Assembly: GCA_000999715.1 (NCBI GenBank)
Contig: LCGL01000001.1
Coordinates: 67,139-131,138, forward strand
Direction: 5' to 3'
Source of the DNA: Candidatus Falkowbacteria bacterium GW2011_GWF2_43_32
GTDB taxonomy: Bacteria; Patescibacteriota; Patescibacteriia; Patescibacteriales; UBA12465
DNA: 64,000 nt
Made by a program: the position numbers and the translations under genes. Of this stretch, positions 32,591-41,415 are shown piece by piece; within the stretch, counting starts at the first letter, position 1, and every line of letters begins with the position of its first letter. The notes under the pieces are model-generated. The model searched no databases. It had not been told where the DNA came from and worked only from the letters and a program-made list of their open reading frames with translations.

Positions 32591-33250
32591 CTAAGAGTTA
32601 GAAACTTGCGAAACGACGAAAGCAAACCCGCCGCTACGACTCCACCTGTCATCAGGGCCGCCATAGCACGTGCCCAACCAAGAACCACGGCCACGGCGAT
32701 CAGCGCTGAGCAATGAAGGATCGCCGTCAAAATCTTTAATTGATTCGTGCATAACAACAATCCAATATAAATCCATAATTTCCAGTTCTTTGTTGGAGAA
32801 TCTCTCTCTGATTAAACAGGCCACTTCAGCGTTTGGTGTGGTGAGCCTACGATTTTTAGCATCTTTACGGATGTTTTTAGTGACACGTTCGTTGTCACTG
32901 AAAAGTTCGCTTTTTAAAACGGCAATTTTGTAGGTAATACCACTTGTCGGTTTAAAGCTTTTTGAACGTAGAACACTTTTAGCGTCATCCTTGACACGAA
33001 ATATTTTGGATTCCAAACGAGAAATCCACTGTTCGCCGGTTGTTCCGTCGGAAGTGACGCTAAAATAAACAACTCCGTTTTTTTCAATCCACTTCGGTTT
33101 AATGACTGAAATTTGTACTTCTCCGGCGTTAACCATACGAACAGCTTCATTTGGGTTATTTACTCCGGTTTGTTTCATAATATTTTTAACCATGGCATTT
33201 AATTTTCCAGGTAAAACATCAGAAATTACAAAAAAATCATTATTATTCAT
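32591..33250 (-). CDS. DGR target protein 2 (remote; C-terminal variable region, probable CLec-like fold)
   Basis: Paralog of 47842..48495; 3' end matches the TR except mainly at TR adenines. Confidence 0.9.
   Translation of the reverse strand: MNNNDFFVISDVLPGKLNAMVKNIMKQTGVNNPNEAVRMVNAGEVQISVIKPKWIEKNGVVYFSVTSDGTTGEQWISRLESKIFRVKDDAKSVLRSKSFKPTSGITYKIAVLKSELFSDNERVTKNIRKDAKNRRLTTPNAEVACLIRERFSNKELEIMDLYWIVVMHESIKDFDGDPSLLSADRRGRGSWLGTCYGGPDDRWSRSGGFAFVVSQVSNS
32604..32733 (-). repeat. DGR variable repeat VR2
   Basis: Ungapped 130-bp match to TR 47378-47507; 20 mismatches at TR adenines, 3 elsewhere (manual count). Confidence 0.93.
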
Positions 33251-33420
33251 CTTTTCCTCCTTGCGCTTATTTGCGCTGTTTATTTGCTCTTATCCGAAGC
33301 AGGAACTATAACCATCGTGGTCACAGCCAGGAAATGACTATCCGCCGGCTGACGGATTAACCATCTTTTGGCTGTGACCAATTTTGCAAATTAATTTTTA
33401 AAGGTCAATAATTATGAAAT

Positions 33421-33449
33421 ATTATATCATATAAATTATATTCTGTCAA
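33421..33449 (-). promoter_or_regulatory. Consensus sigma70 promoter of target 2
   Basis: TTGACA-17 bp-TATAAT with TG extension. Confidence 0.85.
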
Positions 33450-33749
33450 CTCGGCGAGCTGAATTGTAAAGAGGAAATAGAAATGTCGTCCAAACAAAAA
33501 ACCCCGTCTCTCTCTGCTAACGCCAATCATGAATCAGTTTGAAAAATCGGCACGTCTATGTGCTCGTTTATCCATAAACTTTTTCCAATTCTTTTAAAAT
33601 ACCATTAAGCCGATGCCGCTCTCGACTTAACTCAAAATTTTCCGGAAAATAGCGGCGAGCGGTCTTAACAATACCAAAAAGCAATTTTATTTCTTCTTTT
33701 GAGCAAGCTAATAATTTCTTTTTTAAATCGCATATTTTAAAATTCTATT

Positions 33750-34598
33750 TTAACTATCAATAGCTTTATTGCTATTGCTGTCAATCAGTTTGAAATTTTT
33801 CCGGCTAACAACTTTTTTTCCGGTTTTTTCTTCCAATTCCAATCTAGCATGCTTCGCTACCGCTCCGCCCTGTTGAGCCGGAATTTTATTTTCATCCAAT
33901 CCTCGAGCATGATCCGTTTCCGCTATTTGCCGAGTAGAAAGTTCGGCTAATGCCGTAAAAACCAACTCCGCATCAGTCATGTGGTCGCGCAAATTCTCCG
34001 TCTTTAAGCCTTTATATTTTTTATGTTCCTTGGTGGTCAAATCGCTCCATTCTTTATGAATAATATCGGTTAGAATAGCATATTCCTCTTTTTCTTTGAC
34101 TTTATTGTTTTTCCAATAATCCGTTAGCTTATTTCTCACCTCCTGCCCCATCATTCTTTGCTGAATCCATTGTTGACTTCGGCCCATCTTTTGCCAATAG
34201 CCTCTGGAGCGATTTAAAGCTTGCTCCGGATCGGCTATTTCCTGGACTCTTTCATAACCGACTTTTGCCAGCCAAAGCTTGAACGGCTCGGCTTTGGGAG
34301 ACGGGATAGATTGAACCAAGCGAAAAATCGTCTCAACATCACCGGCGTCACTTAAATAATATTTACCGTCTTTAGCTAAAAATTTCAGTTGGTTACAATT
34401 TGTAACCGACTGATTACCCTCATCTTTTAAACGACTCTTCAAAACTTTCCAATAATTACGCGCATCTTGGCTCCCCGTTAAAACTCTAATTACATCCACC
34501 ACGCTAAACATCCACTTCTCTTCTTTTTCTAACCATACCCGTCGTACCGGATCATTGTCAAAAATGACGATAGATTTTTTATTGTTTGTATCAAGCAT
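33750..34598 (-). CDS. Bro-N domain protein (phage antirepressor-like)
   Basis: W.FSVVDVI.VLT, YWKVLK.RL, QSIPSPKAEPFKLWLA, NLRDHMT. Confidence 0.85.
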   Translation of the reverse strand: MLDTNNKKSIVIFDNDPVRRVWLEKEEKWMFSVVDVIRVLTGSQDARNYWKVLKSRLKDEGNQSVTNCNQLKFLAKDGKYYLSDAGDVETIFRLVQSIPSPKAEPFKLWLAKVGYERVQEIADPEQALNRSRGYWQKMGRSQQWIQQRMMGQEVRNKLTDYWKNNKVKEKEEYAILTDIIHKEWSDLTTKEHKKYKGLKTENLRDHMTDAELVFTALAELSTRQIAETDHARGLDENKIPAQQGGAVAKHARLELEEKTGKKVVSRKNFKLIDSNSNKAIDS

Positions 34599-34873
34599 AT
34601 TTTATATATAAATTTACATTTATATTATAGCAAAAATGCCCTTAAATTCCCATAAATTTTTAATAAAATTAAAATAAAATGCGCGAAAATAAAAAACATC
34701 AAATATTAGCTCATTAATGAATTTCTAACCCAAAGCAGGTCGTCTTCATCTAAACGGCAAAAAATTTGATATTTTGATTTAGAAAAAATATTTTTAAATT
34801 GTCCGGCTTTTGAATCCCTCTTGAGCCCGACCTTAATAAAAGTAACCCAACGCAGGTTGGGTTCTTTTTATTA

Positions 34874-34886
34874 TGCGGAGAGAGGG
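34874..34886 (-). repeat. Short copy of the tRNA-Ser 3' end (possible old att scar)
   Basis: TGCGGAGAGAGGG, identical to 35630-35642 and similar to 56709-56723; flanked by a terminator-like hairpin as the tRNA is. Confidence 0.5.
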
Positions 34887-35020
34887 GGCGCACTGGGAAC
34901 GGTTATATTAAAATCATCATAAGAATTTATGAGCCCTAAGACCTGCCTAAAATAAAAAAGGATATTAATAGGCTACTTGATATTTTTACAAGATATAAAT
35001 ATTTTGTTATTATAATTAAT

Positions 35021-35548
35021 ATGGACAAAATCAATATCTATATAGATGGAAATAATTTATATCGCTCAGCCAAAGAGCTGGGCTTTGAGATTGATTACAA
35101 AAAATTTAGAGGTTGGCTTAGACAAAAATATAATCCAACTTTTGTTTATTTATTTATAGGATTAGTCCCCGAAAGAACAAATTTCTATGAACACTTACAA
35201 AAATGCGGCTATATTCTAGTTTTTAAACAAACAGTTTCTGTCGGCGAAAAAATAAAAGGCAATTGTGATGCAGAACTAGTTCTTAAAAGTATAAAAGATT
35301 ATTACACAAAGTCTTTTGATTCTTGCATTTTAATAACCGGGGATGGTGATTTTGGGTGTTTAGTTGAATTTTTAAAAGAAAACAAGTCTATAAATTGTAT
35401 TATTGCGCCAGATAGGGACAAGTGTTCTATTTTACTTAGAAATAAAAATACAGAAATCACTTTTTTGAATGAACACTATCATAAATTTTCTGGGGAAATA
35501 AAAAAAGCCCCCAATATGGACGTATCCACACCAGGGTCTCTTTCATAA
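35021..35548 (+). CDS. NYN domain (PIN-like) ribonuclease
   Basis: YIDGNNL, KGNCDAEL, ITGDGDF acidic catalytic motifs. Confidence 0.9.
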   Translation: MDKINIYIDGNNLYRSAKELGFEIDYKKFRGWLRQKYNPTFVYLFIGLVPERTNFYEHLQKCGYILVFKQTVSVGEKIKGNCDAELVLKSIKDYYTKSFDSCILITGDGDFGCLVEFLKENKSINCIIAPDRDKCSILLRNKNTEITFLNEHYHKFSGEIKKAPNMDVSTPGSLS

Positions 35549-35629
35549 TGATGTTATTATTATAACATTAAAAACAAAAAAGTCAATATTATAATAAAAA
35601 TAACTCTAATATTAGAGTTATTTTTAATC

Positions 35630-35746
35630 TGCGGAGAGAGGGATTGCAGGGCGGCTAAGCCGCCCTTTCTGCCTGCGTCGCTCGGAACTGCTAGTCTGCC
35701 TAACGGCAGTCTAGCGCTGCCTCGCTATCCTCGGCAGTGCGAACCC
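35630..35746 (-). repeat. tRNA-Ser 3'-end copy (att scar) split by a 94-nt structured insertion
   Basis: Minus strand GGGTTCG-[94 nt]-AATCCCTCTCTCCGCA versus tRNA GGGTTCG-AATCCCTCTCTCTCCGCA. Confidence 0.65.
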
Positions 35747-35994
35747 AAGGGTTCTCATCATATTCTTGCTCCCTTCAACCAAACTAAAAACACCCTTACG
35801 GGTGTTTTTAGTTTGATAGCGGGCTACCTCGGGCTGGAACCGTAATTTCGGCAAGCCCAGCAAGGCTTTTCGGTGATTTTTTAAGACTTTAGAAAATAAG
35901 ATCCTCGTGCGCTATGGTTTTTCTTGAAAAGTGACAAAAGTGACACGAGTATTGATATAAAGGTTACAGGCAGGTGTAACCTAATTAAGTCAAT

Positions 35995-38697
35995 TTAGAG
36001 ACTATACTTATGCTTCAATAACGCCACATCTTTCCCGTTATCTTTCTTTTTAAGGCCAGCCAATACCTTACTTTCAGTTTCTGGCGTCCAATATATTTTT
36101 AATTTTTCTCTTGCTCTAGTTATAGCAGTGTAAAATATATTATGTGTAATCATTTCCTCAATTTCATTTGTAACAACGATTTTAACTGAATCATACTCTA
36201 AGCCTTGTGCTTTATGAATTGAAACAGCATAAGCAATCTGAAATGGAACTATACTGGATCGATCATCATCGTCCTCATCGGTATTTTTTGACTGGTTAAC
36301 AAAAAACCTAATCACCGATTTATCTTTTTCAGTACTGTCTAAAAGTTGAAAATCATGACCCAATGCATCAAACTCATTTATAACTTTATTAATTTCAACA
36401 TCAAACTGAATTTTATCACTCAATTTATTTATTCCAAGTATTTTTCCTTTTAAATTATTATATACAACAGGAGAAAATCTATTCGATTCATTAAACAAAA
36501 CTGGATCGTTAACTTTATATGTTTGAACACCCCATCTGATGGATGGACTTGGGTTATTATTTTGTAAGAATCGATTAATATTATTTATTCCGTAAAGTCC
36601 GTCATAATTTAGACATAAAATTATCTCGTCTTCATTAGAATGATCAAAAATTGAATCGTCTAGTTTTGCAGAGTATTTATTTTTTGTTATATGCTCTAAA
36701 ATATCACCATCTATTCTTCTTACTCTGCCCCACAAATCTAATAATTTATCATTTTTAGTCCTATACGGTCTAGTTAACTCAGATACTGATGATTTTGGGA
36801 TAAAAGACTTAGCCATATTAAACCAATTTCCAAAAGATATGGATTCTATCTGAAAAACATCTCCAACTAAAACCAATATCTTAAAAGAGGCTTTTTCTAA
36901 AACCTTTCTCATGTCGGAATTACTTACAGTACTACACTCATCAATAATTAATAAATCAAATTCTGTGATATCCGTTTTCGATGACAGAAAGCTAGCGATT
37001 GTCTTAAAGGTACTATTAGAAATATTAATTTTTTCCGTTAGATTGTTAATTGCTGGGTTAGTGTTGGCTAAATATAATTTTTTAGCACTATCAAAGAAAT
37101 TAGATATATGTTTTATCATTGTAGATTTTCCAGTTCCGGCCGCACCATAAATAAGGGCAACTCGCGAATTTTCAAACATTTTTTTCAATATATCTTTTTT
37201 TTCTGGACAATCGATAGAATAAACTGCTGATTGCAACCATGCTTCTACTGAATTTGAATATTTTTTAAACCCACCAGAAGACATCTCTTTGAGTTTTTTA
37301 ATGATTTCATACGTGTCATCTTCATATTCCTTTATATAAATGCATTCTTTGTATGTTTCTAGTTTACGATTTCCGTGCTTATAATATAATAAACTATTAT
37401 ATTTAATTATGAGATCATCTATATTCGAATAAGTGGTTATATCTTTTTTTGGAGTATATAAATTACCGTCTATCTCCGTATTATTTTTTATAAATTTAGC
37501 AAATAATTCATATTCTCGATTATCTTGATCTATACAATCAAATAGATCCGAGGTCTTTGGATTATGATTAATTAAGGAGGCATAAAAAGGCATTTCATCG
37601 AAAGGCACACATTTCCAATCAAGATTTAAATCAGATAATTTTTTACACCCGCCAAATGTACACTGCTGTTTAATAATTTTATTATTTAAATTATGTAGTA
37701 AGTATCTGACTACATTCGATCCTTGTTTTTTGCCTTCTACTAGTTCACGACACTTATCTAAAACATCAAAAATATAAGATTTCTTTGACCCTTTTAATAC
37801 ATAATCTTTTACGCCCTTGTAGTAACCTTCTGGCAAATTAATAATTTCAACTAAATCATTATTAGTCTTTGTTAAAAAGTTCATTAAGTTTCCATACTCG
37901 GAAAGGCCTCTTTGAACCTTTGAATTATAGCCAAAAATGGCAGCAAAATTATTAAACTCACATGGACGGATAGACACACTCCAATCATCAATGATCTGGA
38001 TTGGCATGTTGTTATCTAAAATTTTTATGCTTTCGTCACCTATGGATAGATCGACTGCATAATTTGGCAAAATATCAAACTTTGTAAACGCAATAATCCT
38101 ATCAAATTTGCTAACTTTATCATTGGCTAGCGTCAAGGTGACCTCATAACGTATATCATGGTCAACAAAAAACGGCTTTATCTTTTGAACATAGTATCTA
38201 TCTCTATAAGATTCTTTATTCTTAGATAATTCTATTTGTTTTATCTTTTCGGTTATTTTTTCATAATACTCTTGCAATGTTTTATCAGTATTAATAGGAA
38301 ATTTATTGATGTTAGAAAGAACATCTAAACTATATGCGGTCTTTAAAAATTTCTTTATCCTAATTAAATATTCATAATACTTTAACATTAATCTCTCAGA
38401 CCTATCTTCGTCTAATGTGTAATGAGATGATGAGATTTGTAAAAGTTTATGAAACTTTGATAAAAACCCAAAATTACCTCTCGTTTTTACATAAGCCTCA
38501 GCTTTTCTGATATTCTCGAAATTATTTTCAATATCTTTACCGTTGCTATATATTTTTAAAAAAATATCCTCAACAAAATTTCTTAGTTGGGATAAAATAT
38601 TTTGTGACAACAATCCCCTGTCAGAAACACTTAGCTTGTCAATGTTTTTACAAATAGCAACATCAATATTTAAAATATCACTATCAATTTTATTCAT
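35995..38697 (-). CDS. RecD-like superfamily 1 helicase with long uncharacterised N-terminus
   Basis: GAAGTGKS, IIDECS, LVGDVFQI, AYAVSIHKAQGLEY, YTAITRAR. Confidence 0.88.
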   Translation of the reverse strand: MNKIDSDILNIDVAICKNIDKLSVSDRGLLSQNILSQLRNFVEDIFLKIYSNGKDIENNFENIRKAEAYVKTRGNFGFLSKFHKLLQISSSHYTLDEDRSERLMLKYYEYLIRIKKFLKTAYSLDVLSNINKFPINTDKTLQEYYEKITEKIKQIELSKNKESYRDRYYVQKIKPFFVDHDIRYEVTLTLANDKVSKFDRIIAFTKFDILPNYAVDLSIGDESIKILDNNMPIQIIDDWSVSIRPCEFNNFAAIFGYNSKVQRGLSEYGNLMNFLTKTNNDLVEIINLPEGYYKGVKDYVLKGSKKSYIFDVLDKCRELVEGKKQGSNVVRYLLHNLNNKIIKQQCTFGGCKKLSDLNLDWKCVPFDEMPFYASLINHNPKTSDLFDCIDQDNREYELFAKFIKNNTEIDGNLYTPKKDITTYSNIDDLIIKYNSLLYYKHGNRKLETYKECIYIKEYEDDTYEIIKKLKEMSSGGFKKYSNSVEAWLQSAVYSIDCPEKKDILKKMFENSRVALIYGAAGTGKSTMIKHISNFFDSAKKLYLANTNPAINNLTEKINISNSTFKTIASFLSSKTDITEFDLLIIDECSTVSNSDMRKVLEKASFKILVLVGDVFQIESISFGNWFNMAKSFIPKSSVSELTRPYRTKNDKLLDLWGRVRRIDGDILEHITKNKYSAKLDDSIFDHSNEDEIILCLNYDGLYGINNINRFLQNNNPSPSIRWGVQTYKVNDPVLFNESNRFSPVVYNNLKGKILGINKLSDKIQFDVEINKVINEFDALGHDFQLLDSTEKDKSVIRFFVNQSKNTDEDDDDRSSIVPFQIAYAVSIHKAQGLEYDSVKIVVTNEIEEMITHNIFYTAITRAREKLKIYWTPETESKVLAGLKKKDNGKDVALLKHKYSL

Positions 38698-38709
38698 ATA
38701 TTCTAGGTT

Positions 38710-39390
38710 TTAGAAAATTTTAACCTCCCCTGTTTGATAATCCTTAGCAACATTATCAATTATTGCTTTATCTGTGATCTGAGATTTTTTGTCTAATGAG
38801 AATGCTTCTATAGATTTTAATGGCCTCCCTGCGTACTCCATAGTCTTATTAAGATAGCCAATGAACGATCCTGAATATCTATATCTTCTTATACAATCAT
38901 CAATACAAATATTTATTAAGTCATTATATCCTCGCCACCTATTTAGCTTATATCCTTCTATCCATTGGTTAATTAAAAATGGTATAAGTTGTTTTAGTTT
39001 TTGAATCGCAAACAAATTTCCTCTTTGGGCTAATCGTACCAAACTTATACTTATGCGATCGCAAATTTTTCTATCTTCTTGATCAATTTGCGATATAAAT
39101 GTATATAATTTCTCTTTGTAGGGATTAAGTACTAATATAACTTCGCTCGCATCGCTGTATTCATTTGATTGTTTCCTTTTTAATCCTTTCGACCACAACC
39201 TTTGAAATTGCCTGTCGAGATTAGCAGTAACTAAATCCCAATCTGGCTCACCGAATTCATTGGTGATATTATTTATTATGAATCGATATGATATATTACA
39301 TCGGTATTTAATCCAATTTGCGTTGAAAGACTTTGGTTGTTTTTTATCAAGGGAACGGTTAATGTTTCTAATTGCTTTTTCGAAATTCAT
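38710..39390 (-). CDS. Hypothetical protein with a sigma70 region-2-like C-terminal half
   Basis: LVRLAQRGN..AI..L and RY...GSFIGYL resemble sigma region 1.2/2; by eye only. Confidence 0.5.
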   Translation of the reverse strand: MNFEKAIRNINRSLDKKQPKSFNANWIKYRCNISYRFIINNITNEFGEPDWDLVTANLDRQFQRLWSKGLKRKQSNEYSDASEVILVLNPYKEKLYTFISQIDQEDRKICDRISISLVRLAQRGNLFAIQKLKQLIPFLINQWIEGYKLNRWRGYNDLINICIDDCIRRYRYSGSFIGYLNKTMEYAGRPLKSIEAFSLDKKSQITDKAIIDNVAKDYQTGEVKIF

Positions 39391-39804
39391 TAATTTTGTA
39401 CTTTCTTCTTATCAATTTCTTTTATTTTTTTATTTTTTATTTTTCGTATAATTTAAAATTGTTTTGAGAATTGCCCATCCTTTCCGTTGAGCAATTCTCA
39501 AGAACTTTAGACTAGGATTTAACCCTATTACTTTCGATCAGTGTCGCCGCGTCCTGGTTTAGGGACTCTTTCAACTGTGGTCGTATTCGGCCTGCGACGA
39601 GCCTCGTCAACAGGAATAAACTCACCAGTTTTAGAATCTCTACCCAATAAAAATGACTTTGAATTGGACATAGTGGTCTAATGCTAAAATTTGAATGATC
39701 AGTGCAAATCATGTACAATACAAGTACTAAGTTATACTGTGCTGATTTTATTGAATACCGACCCAGAACCAAGGAAAAGGAATTCTAATTCAATGAACAC
39801 CTGA

Positions 39805-39830
39805 GTAAGCCACCAAATTTTGGTGGCTTA
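39805..39830 (-). terminator. Hairpin downstream of the lexA-like operon
   Basis: TAAGCCACCAA-at-TTTGGTGGCTTA inverted repeat. Confidence 0.6.
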
Positions 39831-39847
39831 TTTAGATTTTCAAATAA

Positions 39848-40063
39848 TTACTTCTTCTTTGTACGATTATAAGGCGACTGATTAACTGGTTTTAAACCAA
39901 CGCCGAGTTCAGAAGCTTTATTTTGTACACCACCAACTGGTCGACCAAGTTTAAAACCTATAACCCTGGTTGGCGTATTATCTTTCGCAAGCTGTTTGAG
40001 TTGTTTGATTTCTTCTGGCTTCCATTGCTTGCCAGCATTTCTTAGGTAATCTGGATTATTCAT
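39848..40063 (-). CDS. Small Myb/GcrA-like HTH protein
   Basis: W.PEE...L..L.....PTRVIG.KLGR....V..KA pattern; follows the lexA-like gene. Confidence 0.7.
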   Translation of the reverse strand: MNNPDYLRNAGKQWKPEEIKQLKQLAKDNTPTRVIGFKLGRPVGGVQNKASELGVGLKPVNQSPYNRTKKK

Positions 40064-40073
40064 ATTTTTAAAA

Positions 40074-40712
40074 TTAATTTTTTATAACATCGACGACCTT
40101 TCCATTAATAATAAATTGATCATCCTCGCCAATATAAATTGGCATATACTCGTGATCAGAATTAGCCTTAAGGATAATCCTGTTGTTCAATTTATCACGA
40201 TAAAATTCCTTTATAGTTGCTAGCCCATCGATAATCGCTAAAACTATTTCTCCATTGTTATAATTAGAAACCTCTCTATCAACCAAAACATAATCACCAC
40301 TTTCGATAGTTTTCCCGTTAACATCCGCCTGATTCATCGAATCTCCGTCGGCCTTAATAGCGAATAGACGATTTTTATTCCTTGGCAGAAGACTTGAAGA
40401 TATCTTTAAATAGTTTTCCACTTTCTGATCAGCATACGTAACGGCTGGTCCGCAATTAGCTGCTCCAACCACCGGAATAGCAAACAATGGGCTTTTACTA
40501 GAATGATTATATCCTTTCTTAACTAATTTTAAGATATTTTGTTCAAGATTTACCTGTATAAGCCCAGCTTTTTCCAACTGCTGAAGATGATATTTAGCAA
40601 TTTGAGGCTTCCCCTTAACTCCTAATAATTCGGCTATTTTTCTAAGACTCATTGACCCTATTTCAGGGGTAGAGGCAATAAGGTTTAATAATTGAGTTTG
40701 TAGTATGTTCAT
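40074..40712 (-). CDS. LexA/CI-like repressor with S24 peptidase domain
   Basis: N-terminal wHTH (SLRKIAELLG), ANCG cleavage-site region, GDSM serine, ATIK lysine; start placed at MNILQ. Confidence 0.88.
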   Translation of the reverse strand: MNILQTQLLNLIASTPEIGSMSLRKIAELLGVKGKPQIAKYHLQQLEKAGLIQVNLEQNILKLVKKGYNHSSKSPLFAIPVVGAANCGPAVTYADQKVENYLKISSSLLPRNKNRLFAIKADGDSMNQADVNGKTIESGDYVLVDREVSNYNNGEIVLAIIDGLATIKEFYRDKLNNRIILKANSDHEYMPIYIGEDDQFIINGKVVDVIKN

Positions 40713-40717
40713 ATGCT

Positions 40718-40795
40718 CTAATAATAGCACACTATAGATTGTTTTGCAAGTCTTGTTGTCAAACTATTTGACATTTTACACTGAGGTGCTATAAT
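40718..40795. promoter_or_regulatory. Back-to-back promoters with palindromic operator TGTCAAA-cta-TTTGACA (40757-40773)
   Basis: Plus strand TTGACA-16-(TG)TATAAT; minus strand TTGCAA-17-TATTAT; the palindrome covers the plus-strand -35. Confidence 0.7.
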
Positions 40796-40818
40796 GAATT
40801 TGTAAGTCAATAATTTAT

Positions 40819-41217
40819 ATGGATTATCAACTACAACTTAAGTCTTTTGAAGGAGAATTAGGGTTTAAACACAAAATCCTACAAATAACAGATATAACCC
40901 TTCACTCCTCTGATAGACAACCAACAAAATCAATTGGCAAAAAAATACGACAAGCATTTTCCCAGAAAAAGCCAGGCAGATTTTATGGATTTAAGATTCA
41001 AGAACCAACAGGAAAACAAAACTCCGTTGAAGCCGTCATGGAACTTGTTAAAAAAGACCCTGAATTAATGAAGGTGATTCAAGAAGAAGAAAAAAATGGC
41101 TACAGGATATTCATAGGCCTGCCTAAAGATGGTGTGCCTATACTACTAGGAGAAGACGCTAAAGAATTTATAAATAGTAAAAATGGCCAAAGAGTAATTA
41201 GAGGAATTAATCATTAA
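40819..41217 (+). CDS. Hypothetical protein, first gene of the rightward operon
   Basis: ORF directly after a strong promoter; no motif recognised. Confidence 0.7.
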   Translation: MDYQLQLKSFEGELGFKHKILQITDITLHSSDRQPTKSIGKKIRQAFSQKKPGRFYGFKIQEPTGKQNSVEAVMELVKKDPELMKVIQEEEKNGYRIFIGLPKDGVPILLGEDAKEFINSKNGQRVIRGINH

Positions 41218-41415
41218 GCGGAAGTTTAATATAAAAACAATTTAATAAATGCGTAGTAAAAAGTAGAATAGAGTATCGCCTAAAAAACCATGCCTATTCC
41301 GCGCAAGAAATAGCTTTAAGATTTAATATCTTTGTCTGTTTCGTGTGTGGAATAGGCTTTTTGTTTGTCCATACATTAATTTATTAAATTACTTAATAAA
41401 TTAACGAATAATACT

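Noticed and set aside
34805..34832. T-arm-like TTTGAATCCCTC on the plus strand
   Set aside because: No cloverleaf can be built; too short to call.
39512..39772. 86-aa ORF in the intergenic gap
   Set aside because: Non-ATG start and no motif; treated as non-coding.
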